From assembly GCA_035627515.1 (NCBI GenBank), contig DASPLQ010000012.1, positions 455,269-519,268 of the forward strand: DNA of 64,000 bases, in the 5' to 3' direction. Position numbers and translations under genes: made by a program. This document shows positions 46,899-56,079 of the stretch, in pieces; position 1 is the stretch's first letter; the number at the start of each line of letters is the position of its first letter. The notes under the pieces are model-generated. The model was not told the origin of the DNA and searched no databases. It saw nothing but the letters and a program-made list of their open reading frames with translations. The DNA is from Vitreimonas sp. (GTDB lineage: Bacteria; Patescibacteriota; Microgenomatia; UBA1400; PJMF01).

Positions 46899-48581
46899 TT
46901 ATTCGCAAGAAATTTCCTGAGCTTCTTCAATCTGTTGAGCCAACCAGAAACTCCACGCACCAGCTAGGATGAAGAAGAATCCCCCGACCAACAATGCTAA
47001 GGTTGTTTCAGTAGAACCTGAGACCGGAATGGCACTCTTCGTAGAAGGAATACTCGTTCGGCCGGAACTAGTAGCAGTGCTCGATTTAGTAGCCGTTTGG
47101 GTACTCTTAGTAGCCGTGCCGCCGATGGGGAAAGGATTACCAGAACCAAAAGGTGAAGGGCTGGGCGAAGGTGAAGCTTTAGCACTACTCGTCGAGGTTT
47201 TAGTGGTGCCACCAGTGCCAGGGGTACTAGCTTGAGCTAAGGTCGTTTTTGGTTGCACTGTGAAGGTTTGAGTCTTAGTCACTTCTTTACCTGTGGCAGG
47301 ATCGGTATACGAATAGGTGACAGTATGTTCACCAGGCTCTAACTGTTGAGAAAGAGTGGCGATATCAAGAGAGAAGCCACCGTTACCATCGGCCACCAGT
47401 TCTTCATAAATTTGGGTTTCAGAATGAACTTCAATTTTGACACGGACACCAGGGGCAGCTTTACCAGTGATCACTGGAGTGGTGGTGGTTACGATTTGCT
47501 CAGTGGTTTTTTGCAAGTCCACTACGGTAGCAGTAGTAGTAGAAGCAGAAGCCGAACTACTCGTACTGACTGTGGCACTGCCGCTACTGACACGAGTGAC
47601 AGTTGAACTGCCACTAGAAACTGCAGTAGTTGCAGCGGCACCGCTGGCATTGGCTAAATCAGACAAACCGCCACCTTGAGTACTGACAATGGGACTAGGT
47701 GAGGGCAAGATGGCTGGCTCGGCGCTAGCCATGGGCGTAGTACCCGTTGGCGTACCATTCGCTGTGGTCATGGTATTAATAGGGGCAGCGGGAGCAACAG
47801 TGATAGCTTGACCAAAGGTGATGTTAGGGACAGGTTGAGCTTGAGCCACGGTCGTGTTTAATTGAGAGGTTTGGGTGGTTGAGGGGCCTTGGACAGTAAT
47901 ATTCAGATTATCAGTATCGGTGACTGTAGCGTAGCCCGAACCATCAGCTAAGCGAGCATTTGACAACGGCACGGCCCAACTACATGAAGATTTGACGAGT
48001 GAAGACATCTCGCCCATACTCGGCATCGAAACATACACCACGCTGCCTTCAGCCGGGGTGCCAGCTTCAGTGTTGACACAACCATACACTGTTTTAGCCG
48101 CGGAAGGTGTGCCACTGCGCTTGGCAGTCGTGATGGTAAACGGAGCGCCATTATTATCAAATGTCGCACCGGAACCGGTGCCTAAAGTGTAGTAGTAAGT
48201 GACACCAGGCTCCAGACCGCGGACGGTAACGTGATGAAGGGGATAGCTGCCCACATTACCGGAGAGTTGATCACGATCGTCGCTAGCTTGGGATTTAAGA
48301 CTCTTACTGTCTTTACCATATTTAATAAAACCCGCTGTACTCTCATCGGTTAAAAATGAAACAGTAAAACTGGTATCAGATACATTGGAAACGCGAATAT
48401 TTTTAGGTGTAGTCTGTGGGGTAGCTCGAGGGGAAAAATTTAAGCCATTGCCACTACTAAAGAAAACCAAACCAGCGCCGAGGGCGACCACTAACACAAA
48501 CAACCCCAGCAGGGTAGGAATTTGCTTTTGCAAAAACGACTTTTGAGTAGGCAGCGTCGGCATAAAAAACACAGGCATCAA
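46899..48581 (-). CDS. Surface protein with an N-terminal TM, FN3/PAP-N-like beta domain, Ser/Thr-rich stalk and a C-terminal TM anchor.
   Basis: IRVSNVSDTSFTVSFLTDESTAGFIKYG...HHVTVRGLEPGVTYYYTLG (FN3-like). Long S/T/A-rich low-complexity region. C-terminal LALLVGGFFFILAGAWSFWLAQQ. Confidence 0.4.
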   Translation of the reverse strand: MMPVFFMPTLPTQKSFLQKQIPTLLGLFVLVVALGAGLVFFSSGNGLNFSPRATPQTTPKNIRVSNVSDTSFTVSFLTDESTAGFIKYGKDSKSLKSQASDDRDQLSGNVGSYPLHHVTVRGLEPGVTYYYTLGTGSGATFDNNGAPFTITTAKRSGTPSAAKTVYGCVNTEAGTPAEGSVVYVSMPSMGEMSSLVKSSCSWAVPLSNARLADGSGYATVTDTDNLNITVQGPSTTQTSQLNTTVAQAQPVPNITFGQAITVAPAAPINTMTTANGTPTGTTPMASAEPAILPSPSPIVSTQGGGLSDLANASGAAATTAVSSGSSTVTRVSSGSATVSTSSSASASTTTATVVDLQKTTEQIVTTTTPVITGKAAPGVRVKIEVHSETQIYEELVADGNGGFSLDIATLSQQLEPGEHTVTYSYTDPATGKEVTKTQTFTVQPKTTLAQASTPGTGGTTKTSTSSAKASPSPSPSPFGSGNPFPIGGTATKSTQTATKSSTATSSGRTSIPSTKSAIPVSGSTETTLALLVGGFFFILAGAWSFWLAQQIEEAQEISCE

Positions 48582-48681
48582 AATATGCCTTCACTAACTC
48601 TAGAGAAATTATTGAGTGCGCGCAACGCGAAAATTTACCGAAAGCCAAATAAAACCTGATATATAAAACCATTCACCGGAT

Positions 48682-49092
48682 TTAAATTTGAATGATTCCT
48701 TCTGAACCACTCACCGGTGATGGTGACGGGGAGGGACTAGGGCGGACGGTAGAAGGTGAGGCTGGTTGGCTTAAAATTACATCTGCCTCTTGGAGGGTAG
48801 TGACGCGGGCATCCCCTTCTTTAGTAATAATTAAAGTATAAATGGGAAAGCGAGCCAACTCTTGAGCAGTGTAAACGCGTTTTTGTTCGAGTCGGTCCAG
48901 GACTTGGCGATTAATAGTCGGCGTCAAAGGTTTGGCCAGCAAGAGCAGCTGTGGCGAAATTTTAGTTTTATTTTGTGAGCTCAGCAAACTGATTACCACC
49001 CACACTAAAATGGTCGCAAAAGTAAACAACATTAAGTAAAGTAAATGTTGTTTGCGTCGCAGGCCGGTAAGTTGAGTTTGTAAGAGGTTCAT
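48682..49092 (-). CDS. Small bitopic protein (possibly PilP-like or an accessory pilus-assembly component) with a (SP)n tail.
   Basis: N-terminal TM LLYLMLFTFATILVWVVISLL. C-terminal SPSPSPSP. Overlaps the upstream gene by 4 nt. Confidence 0.25.
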   Translation of the reverse strand: MNLLQTQLTGLRRKQHLLYLMLFTFATILVWVVISLLSSQNKTKISPQLLLLAKPLTPTINRQVLDRLEQKRVYTAQELARFPIYTLIITKEGDARVTTLQEADVILSQPASPSTVRPSPSPSPSPVSGSEGIIQI

Positions 49093-49718
49093 GATTCAGC
49101 TCCAGCTTTTTCACCAAAATACGGCACACCAATGGTAATGATGGCATTCAGTTTTTTCACCCCCCGTTCCTCACCCGTCGAGAATACGATACTTTCAACC
49201 AGGAAAGCCCGGCGGGAGTTTTTAATATCATCGAGAAAAGCCTTAATCAATGGATAATCACCAGTCACTATAACTTTGAGAGCTAAGTTTTGTCGGTTGA
49301 GCGTGTCGCCTTGGGGGACAAAAGGAGTTTCAGGGGGAATTTCACTGACACTCAGATTAACGATCACTAATCGCCGATCACTAGCCAGTTTTTCCACAAT
49401 TTTAATGACTTCGACTAAGTTGGGCTGAGACGGAATGGCTTCATCTAAGACAGCTAAGCGTGATTGTAATCCCAAGTACTCTTCTTGAGCTGATTGGAGA
49501 GCGGCATATTTTTGGGCTAATTTTTGATCGAGCTCCCGCTTATCATTAATTTCTTTGATCAGATCAGACATGGTCAACAACGTGGGGCGAATCGCGAACA
49601 AGGCAAAGAAAATAATGGCACCGATCGATAAGAATAGCTCCAAAGATACCTGGGCTACTGGCCGTTGGTAAAACTGGGTGAGGGCGGTGGTGAGCTGCTT
49701 ACGATTGAGTGATTGCAT
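49089..49718 (-). CDS. PilO-like type IV pilus assembly protein (bitopic, coiled-coil, alpha/beta core).
   Basis: Short cytoplasmic N-terminus, TM SLELFLSIGAIIFFALFAI, coiled-coil (KRELDQKLAQKYAALQSAQEEYLGLQSRLAVL), then a core domain of about 90 aa. Follows the PilN-like gene. Confidence 0.4.
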   Translation of the reverse strand: MQSLNRKQLTTALTQFYQRPVAQVSLELFLSIGAIIFFALFAIRPTLLTMSDLIKEINDKRELDQKLAQKYAALQSAQEEYLGLQSRLAVLDEAIPSQPNLVEVIKIVEKLASDRRLVIVNLSVSEIPPETPFVPQGDTLNRQNLALKVIVTGDYPLIKAFLDDIKNSRRAFLVESIVFSTGEERGVKKLNAIITIGVPYFGEKAGAES

Positions 49719-49721
49719 AGC

Positions 49722-50345
49722 TTATAAGCCCTGAGTCCGATCTAAAATACTGCCATTCTCGGTAGTTCCAGTTTGATTTTTAATAGTTTGCACTTGTTTA
49801 GTATCAAACCGAATTCGGAACATGAAACCAGCTTCACTATCATCATTAGTGTTAGCTTCAATCCGATCGACCGTCACATTTAAAAATTCTTTACTAAGTT
49901 GCAAGTTGCTGATTAATAAATTGAGAGAACTTTGGGAAAGGGTGGTGCCTTCCAAACTGACCGAAGTGGGGTTAATCAGCAATTGATCGAGGCGAACATC
50001 TCGGGGTGTGATGGCACTGAGTTTAGGAAAAATGTCAGATAAATTACCTTGTTGTTCGATTTGTTGATACTGATCAATTTTTTGTTGGGCCAGGCGAACC
50101 TTTTGTTCCAGGTCGCCATACGAAGTAATTTGAGTTTCTTTTTGTAACAAGGCAGTATTGAGATTAGTCAGTTGGCGATCGAGGTAAAACCGTGACCCAA
50201 AACTGGTGATGACGACGAGCTCAGTGAAAATCACGATATAGCGGCCCACTGATAACGCCCAGCGCAACACCTTACCGAGAGGCGTCTCGAAAAATGGATC
50301 TTTGGGCACCAGGTTGATCCGGAGCGGGGCAGCTTTCTTGGACAT
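49722..50345 (-). CDS. PilN-like type IV pilus assembly protein.
   Basis: N-terminal RINLVP (PilN INLLP-type PilM-binding motif), TM YIVIFTELVVITSFGS, then a periplasmic coiled-coil. Confidence 0.45.
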   Translation of the reverse strand: MSKKAAPLRINLVPKDPFFETPLGKVLRWALSVGRYIVIFTELVVITSFGSRFYLDRQLTNLNTALLQKETQITSYGDLEQKVRLAQQKIDQYQQIEQQGNLSDIFPKLSAITPRDVRLDQLLINPTSVSLEGTTLSQSSLNLLISNLQLSKEFLNVTVDRIEANTNDDSEAGFMFRIRFDTKQVQTIKNQTGTTENGSILDRTQGL

Positions 50346-50373
50346 ACGCTTTTATCATTGTAGCAGGTTGGGA

Positions 50374-50409
50374 ATGAGTAATTAAGTAACTGAGTAATTA
50401 AGGAACTTA
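50374..50409 (+). promoter_or_regulatory. Third copy of the period-8 AGTAA repeat, between the murJ stop and the start of the PilN-like gene.
   Basis: gAGTAAtt aAGTAAct gAGTAAtt aAGgAAct. Relative to the downstream minus-strand gene it is in inverted orientation compared with the Fic and ATPase copies. Confidence 0.4.
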
Positions 50410-52104
50410 GGCGCCCAGTTCGCTTTGAGCTGGAGCTTCAGATAAAACCTCGGGGGTTTTGGCCAAGGTTTTTTGCCAGGGGCCAAAGGAAGTAACGAGT
50501 TGAGTAAAGTATGTCAGCTCTTTGATATCAAATAGCGCGGCAAAATAAATATAGACGAGCACCCCAATCGTACTGGTGGTCACGGTCAGGACAATTAACT
50601 CAATTGTGCGGGAAGTTTCAAAAACTAACTCATCTAAGATTCTGAATGGTAAGTATAAAAAGACGGCCATCAAGAAACTAGCCGCGGTCATTTTAATTTG
50701 TGGCACCCAAAAACCTTTTTGATTAAAGCCTTTGACCTTGTAATCTAACAATAACAACAACACTAAAAACTCAAGCAAAGCACTAATAGTAATGGCTAAA
50801 CCAATACCCAGAATCCCGAGTTTTAAGCCAAAGACGAAGATGCTGCACAAGCCTAAGTAAACGATCACATCAAGGAGAGAGACAATGAGTGGAGTTTTGG
50901 TGTCTTTGAGGGCATAGAAAGCCCGGACGACTAACGGGGCCATGGCTTGGACACCAATCGAGATGGCTAACACAGCCACTAAGCGGCCCACGGTGAGAGT
51001 ATTTTGCCAAGTAAACTCGTCAGTCCCAAACGCCAACCGCACCAGTGGTACGCGCAACACTAATAACAATACGGAAGCAGGGAAGCTGAAAAAGGCAATT
51101 TGGTGCAGCGACTGCAGCACTAATTGACGAAAAACTTGGCGATCTTTTTCCTCGGCTTCATCGGAGAGGAAAGGTAAGGCAGCTTGGCCAATGGGAACGC
51201 CAAAAAATCTAATCGGTGTCACAATCAGCATTAAGGCCATTTGAATTAAGCCATAGGTTAAGTTGCCCGCCACCGAAGTGGCGAAGAAACCTAAGAATAA
51301 CTTTCTGATTTCATTAGCACCGATAGCCAGCGCACGTGGTGGCATCAGCTGGAAAAACTCTTTCACACCCGGCAAACCCATATTGAGCGTAAATTTGTAC
51401 CGATACCCAAGTTTAAGCACTGAGGGGACTTGGACAATCATGTGCAAGAATGCCCCAATGATAGTTCCTACTCCGGCAGCATACACACCAATCATCGGAC
51501 TAAAAGCCAACACCCCGATCAAAATTCCGACATTATATAAAACAGGTGAGAGACTGGAGACTATAAAGCGTTGGTACGACTGCAATATTCCCGACATGAA
51601 GCTAGAAATGGCAAAAAAGAACTGAGACAGCAACATGATGCGCGTCAGGTTGGTCACCACCTCGATTTGCTCTGGGGTGAACTCATGTCCAGTGCGCCAG
51701 CGAGTGATGGGCTCAGCAAATATAAAAACTGGGACAGCTACAATCACAAACGTGAGGAGTAACACATTCATCATGATCGAGCTCATCCGAAAAGCTGTTT
51801 GTTCGTCTTCTTTTTTGTATTTAGAAAAAATCGGGATAAAAGCTGCCGACAGTGCTCCTAAGATCAGGAGTTGAAACATCGTGTCGGGAATTTGAAAACT
51901 AACCCAGAGCGCATTAAGCAGTTTCTCGGAGCGTTCGGTGCCATCGAGGAAAACAGAGTTAAAGACCCATTGTTTGGCAAAGCCAGCCGTTGCCGACAAG
52001 ACATTAGAAACCATGATCACGGCCGCAGCGGACAAAATAGTGTTTTGTTGCTTTTCAATCCAGGCCATGTTTTTGCCAAACAGTTGAGGAAGATGGAAAA
52101 TCAT
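50407..52104 (-). CDS. murJ: Lipid II flippase MurJ (MviN family).
   Basis: 565 aa with about 14 TM helices. N-terminal AVIMVSNVLSATAGFAKQWVFNSVF is typical of MurJ/MOP superfamily exporters. Confidence 0.6.
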   Translation of the reverse strand: MIFHLPQLFGKNMAWIEKQQNTILSAAAVIMVSNVLSATAGFAKQWVFNSVFLDGTERSEKLLNALWVSFQIPDTMFQLLILGALSAAFIPIFSKYKKEDEQTAFRMSSIMMNVLLLTFVIVAVPVFIFAEPITRWRTGHEFTPEQIEVVTNLTRIMLLSQFFFAISSFMSGILQSYQRFIVSSLSPVLYNVGILIGVLAFSPMIGVYAAGVGTIIGAFLHMIVQVPSVLKLGYRYKFTLNMGLPGVKEFFQLMPPRALAIGANEIRKLFLGFFATSVAGNLTYGLIQMALMLIVTPIRFFGVPIGQAALPFLSDEAEEKDRQVFRQLVLQSLHQIAFFSFPASVLLLVLRVPLVRLAFGTDEFTWQNTLTVGRLVAVLAISIGVQAMAPLVVRAFYALKDTKTPLIVSLLDVIVYLGLCSIFVFGLKLGILGIGLAITISALLEFLVLLLLLDYKVKGFNQKGFWVPQIKMTAASFLMAVFLYLPFRILDELVFETSRTIELIVLTVTTSTIGVLVYIYFAALFDIKELTYFTQLVTSFGPWQKTLAKTPEVLSEAPAQSELGA

Positions 52105-52184
52105 AAGGGTGTTTTATTATCACGTATTATAGTTGCCAGCTCTCCAGTTGAAAATCAGGCAGTTGTCTAGTACAATCTCAGCCT

Positions 52185-52418
52185 ATGCCAATTTTGAGTA
52201 ATGCCAAGAAAGCCTTACGCAGTAGCGAACGCAAAGCTGCCGTGAATCGCGTGGTCAAATCTAAATTAAAAACTGCGTTAGACAAAGTTAAAGCCGCTCC
52301 TACCGCTGATACGCTCAGCACTGCTTTCTCTGCACTTGATAAAGCCGTCCGTCGCCATATGTTGCACCGCAACAAAGCTGCTCGGCTCAAGAGTCAAGTC
52401 AGTAAGCTGGTTAAATAA
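52185..52418 (+). CDS. rpsT: 30S ribosomal protein S20.
   Basis: MPILSNAKKALRSSERKAAVNRVVKSKLKTALDKV... Basic helical protein of 77 aa, matching bS20. Confidence 0.85.
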   Translation: MPILSNAKKALRSSERKAAVNRVVKSKLKTALDKVKAAPTADTLSTAFSALDKAVRRHMLHRNKAARLKSQVSKLVK

Positions 52419-52704
52419 GCTTTTTTTCTGTTTGATTGGGTGAAGTAAGGCCTTTAAGTAAAGGTTTTAATTACTGCGGCATCTGACTTTAGAGCCGGCA
52501 TTTAATTTTGGCTGTGTCCGGCGGAATTCATTTTTAAATTGTTTTCTTTCCCTATATCTTTCCAACCCCTTCACTTTTCGTATAGCCCAAAGTGTGCCTA
52601 AAAAAGCACTAAAGTGACACCAAACTGTACCCACGAAAAAAATGAGTGTTAAGAGAAGGTATCGGGATGAACCCTACTTCCATAAAGTGGAAAATTTTAT
52701 AGCT

Positions 52705-53060
52705 TGTATGAATATTGGCAAAAATCATACAACCTTCATAAACCTCTTTTTTATTCATTGTGCGGATATTAACAAAAATCGCACAACGTAGAAAAAGCTA
52801 CCATTTTGAACAACTACTGCCAAATAAAAAGATAAGGTTCTTTTTTCACGCCCATTAAAAAAACCTTCTTAAAGGCCGTTCAACTATCAGCCTTTAACCC
52901 TTACTTCAGAAGTTCGCCTGGTGACACGTCATTACAGTCAAAACGTACATTTCGTACACAATGTACACAGTCCAGGCGAACTTTTGCAGCACCATCACCA
53001 GCCACGATAAAGTACCTCTCTCTTGCTTGTGCCATTATTAACAAAAACCGCACAATCAAA
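52705..53060 (+). repeat. Copy B of the structured intergenic module, within an 800-bp noncoding leader upstream of lepA.
   Basis: cttgtatgaatattggcaaaaatcata (52707-52733). Palindrome TTGTGCGG-N13-tcGCACAA (52758-52786). Long stem-loop ttcgcctgg...ccaggcgaa (52913-52980). Second palindrome TTGTGCCa-N13-CCGCACAA (53027-53055). Confidence 0.6.
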
Positions 53061-53227
53061 AAAAACCATCTTATTGGAGGTCTGTCTAAGGTATCAAAAC
53101 ATTAGATCAGACAAAACGTCTCAACACTCGTTGGGATTTTTTGTTTCAGTGCCACGTTATTGCCATCATCTTCACTAGCTTTAAACCCACCAAGCAATCT
53201 GATTCAACTTGAGGTAGAATAACCTTC

Positions 53228-55069
53228 ATGCCTGAAACAACCCTGGCCTCTCAGACGGCCAGTCCCATCTATCAACAAAAACTGCGCAACTTCTCAATCA
53301 TTGCTCATATCGATCATGGCAAAACGACCTTAACTGATCGCTTTTTGAAAATGACCAACACTGTCAGTGATCTGGATTTTCAAGAGCGAATGATGGATAG
53401 TAACCCCATTGAGCGTGAGCGCGGTATTACCATTAAGCTAGCGCCTGTGCGGATGGAATGGCGCCCTCCGGGCGCCCCCGCTGACCAACCACCCTACATT
53501 CTTAATCTTATCGACACTCCAGGTCATGTAGATTTCGGTTACGAAGTCAGTCGTTCTCTCGCAGCCTGTGAAGGTGTTCTGCTCGTTATTGATGCTACGC
53601 AGGGTGTCCAAGCTCAAACACTTTCTAATTATCAGAAAGCTCTTGATCTAGGGCTAACAGTCATTCCAGTCGTCAATAAAATTGATTTGCCCTCAGCTGA
53701 TCGGGAAATGGTTAAGCTGGAGTGTATGGAAACATTTGGCGTGGATGAGCATGACATTATCGAAGTCTCTGCTAAAACCGGTCTCAACATGGATTTGTTA
53801 CTCCAAGCCGTAGTAGAGCGTATCCCGGCTCCCACCGGTTTGCCTCAAGCCCCATTACGATCTTTAATCGTTACCTCACACTTCGATCAACACCGTGGAG
53901 CAATTGCTTTAGTGCGAGTGATGGATGGCATTCTGACTAGAGGAAAACTGCACTTTATGGCTTCTAAAACAGACTTTTCACCAATCGAAGTCGGTTTTTT
54001 CACGCCCAAGATGGTCAAGACTGATCAGTTAGTGGCGGGGGAAGTAGGATATGTGGCAACTGGTTTGAAAGACATTAAAATGCTCAAGGTAGGAGATACC
54101 ATCACTACCGTCGATAACAAGACTACCGTGCAGCCGCTGCCTGGTTACCGTGAGCCAACCCCGATGGTGTACATGGAGCTGTATCCGGTGGATGGCGATG
54201 ACTTCACTTTATTGCAAGATGCGGTATCTAAATTATCGCTTCATGATGCTGCCCTCCAATTTGGCGGGACACATTCTCAGGCTTTGGGGAATGGCTTACG
54301 GGTGGGCTTTTTGGGAATTTTACATGCAGAAATTGTGTTGGAGCGGTTGCGCCAAGAGTTTGACCTCGACTTAATTGCGACTGCGCCTACTGTTACCTAT
54401 GAACTAGTGCTCACCAATGGGCAAAGAATTACTATTCATACACCGGGAGAAATGCCTGACCCCAGTCAAATTAAAGAAATCCATGAACCGATGACCAAAG
54501 CCATGGTGTTTTGTCCAGAGCGATTCATGGGTCAAGTGATTAAACTCTGTCGCGAGCGGCGGGGCGAGTTACTCAACTCCACCTTTATTGGTACCCGGGT
54601 CAAAGGCGAGTTTGAGATTCCCTTAGCTGAAATCATTACCGACTTTCATGATACGTTGAAGTCACTGACCTCAGGGTTTGCTTCTTTGGAGTATGAATTA
54701 ACTGGTTATAAGATGGTGGATGCAGTCAAGGTCACAGTTTTACTCAATCATGAGCCAGTGGAAGCTCTCAGTTTCATCACTGTCAAAGGTGATGCCGAGT
54801 TCCGCGGTCGCCAACTGGCCGCCAAGCTCAAAGAGGTCATTCCTCGGCAACAGTTTGAAGTGCCGATTCAAGCCGCCATTGGTGGCACGGTTATTGCCCG
54901 CGAGACGCTTAAAGCCTTCCGCAAAGACGTGACCGCTCATCTCTACGGAGGTGACGTGACCCGTCGTCAGAAATTGCTCAAGAAACAAGCTAAAGGCAAA
55001 AAGAAGATGAAACAGATTGGAAAAGTGGAGCTCAATCAGGAAGCATTTTTAGCAGTGCTGAAGAGATAA
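53228..55069 (+). CDS. lepA: Elongation factor 4 (LepA).
   Basis: FSIIAHIDHGKTTLTDR (G1), LNLIDTPGHVDF (G3), NKIDL (G4) and the LepA-specific C-terminal domain ending KKQAKGKKKMKQIGKVEL. Confidence 0.9.
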   Translation: MPETTLASQTASPIYQQKLRNFSIIAHIDHGKTTLTDRFLKMTNTVSDLDFQERMMDSNPIERERGITIKLAPVRMEWRPPGAPADQPPYILNLIDTPGHVDFGYEVSRSLAACEGVLLVIDATQGVQAQTLSNYQKALDLGLTVIPVVNKIDLPSADREMVKLECMETFGVDEHDIIEVSAKTGLNMDLLLQAVVERIPAPTGLPQAPLRSLIVTSHFDQHRGAIALVRVMDGILTRGKLHFMASKTDFSPIEVGFFTPKMVKTDQLVAGEVGYVATGLKDIKMLKVGDTITTVDNKTTVQPLPGYREPTPMVYMELYPVDGDDFTLLQDAVSKLSLHDAALQFGGTHSQALGNGLRVGFLGILHAEIVLERLRQEFDLDLIATAPTVTYELVLTNGQRITIHTPGEMPDPSQIKEIHEPMTKAMVFCPERFMGQVIKLCRERRGELLNSTFIGTRVKGEFEIPLAEIITDFHDTLKSLTSGFASLEYELTGYKMVDAVKVTVLLNHEPVEALSFITVKGDAEFRGRQLAAKLKEVIPRQQFEVPIQAAIGGTVIARETLKAFRKDVTAHLYGGDVTRRQKLLKKQAKGKKKMKQIGKVELNQEAFLAVLKR

Positions 55070-55090
55070 TCAGGCTGTTATAATACTCAT

Positions 55091-55777
55091 ATGCCCGATA
55101 TCTTTGATGCATCGCGACGCAATCGGGGTGATGACACCCCCAAGAAACATAATCCTCATCATGGACCGGCTCGGGATGTGGATGAGTATTCCCAGGTCAT
55201 GAAGGATGAAACTCCCTCCAGTAATCCTTTTCATGCTTTTGCTCCCAAACCTGAACAAATCTTTTTTGATTCCCAGTTAAAAGGTGAGCGTGTGATTTTA
55301 CTATTACGCCAACACCCTATTACTCAACTGCCTTGGGTGTTGACCGCGGTGGGTTTGGCTTTGGTGCCGATCTTATTTAATGTTTTTCCGTTTTTAGAAT
55401 TATTACCCGCTCGTTATCAGTTTGCAGGGTTGCTGGGATGGTACGCCTTAGTTTTTAGCTTTATCTTAGAATCATTTTTGATGTGGTTTTTCAATGTTTA
55501 CCTGATCACAGATGAACGGATCATCGACGTTGATTTTTATTCTTTAATTTACAAGAACATCTCTGCCGCTAAACTCGATAACATTGAAGACGTCTCGGCT
55601 GCGACGGTAGGCGCCGTGGGTTCAATTTTTAACTATGGCACTATCCGCATTCAAACCGCTGGTACCAATACTGAGTTTGAGTTTGCTAACGTTCCTCAAC
55701 CTGCCAAGGTGACGACCTTGCTCAATGAGTTGTTAGTAGAGGAAGAACAAGAAAAATTAGATGGAAGAGTAAATTAA
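55091..55777 (+). CDS. Membrane protein with a bacterial PH-like (bPH_2/YdbT-like) domain.
   Basis: Two TM helices followed by YLITDERIIDVDFYSLIYKNISAAKLDNIEDV, typical of bPH_2 domain proteins. Confidence 0.45.
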   Translation: MPDIFDASRRNRGDDTPKKHNPHHGPARDVDEYSQVMKDETPSSNPFHAFAPKPEQIFFDSQLKGERVILLLRQHPITQLPWVLTAVGLALVPILFNVFPFLELLPARYQFAGLLGWYALVFSFILESFLMWFFNVYLITDERIIDVDFYSLIYKNISAAKLDNIEDVSAATVGAVGSIFNYGTIRIQTAGTNTEFEFANVPQPAKVTTLLNELLVEEEQEKLDGRVN

Positions 55778-56050
55778 ATGAGTATTCTCACCACCTTACT
55801 ACAGACAAACTTTGGCTTGGTTTCACCGCCCTTATTGAATACTGAGGCAGCAGGTGTGGCTTTGGGTGTGATTAAGTTAATGTTTATTGTGGCGGGGTTG
55901 TTATACGTCACCTTTGCGGTGATCGTCACCCGCCAAGTCCACGTCATGAAAAATACCTTGATGACCACCTTCTCACCCATGGTGCAGTTGTTGGGTTATA
56001 TTCATTTAGTGGTCGCTATCTTAGTGTTAGTCTTCTTTTTAGGCTTATAG
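55778..56050 (+). CDS. Small hypothetical membrane protein.
   Basis: 90 aa, 2-3 hydrophobic helices. Starts 1 nt after the previous stop. Confidence 0.35.
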   Translation: MSILTTLLQTNFGLVSPPLLNTEAAGVALGVIKLMFIVAGLLYVTFAVIVTRQVHVMKNTLMTTFSPMVQLLGYIHLVVAILVLVFFLGL

Positions 56051-56079
56051 ATCCAGATCACATTTTCTGTTAGAATAGT

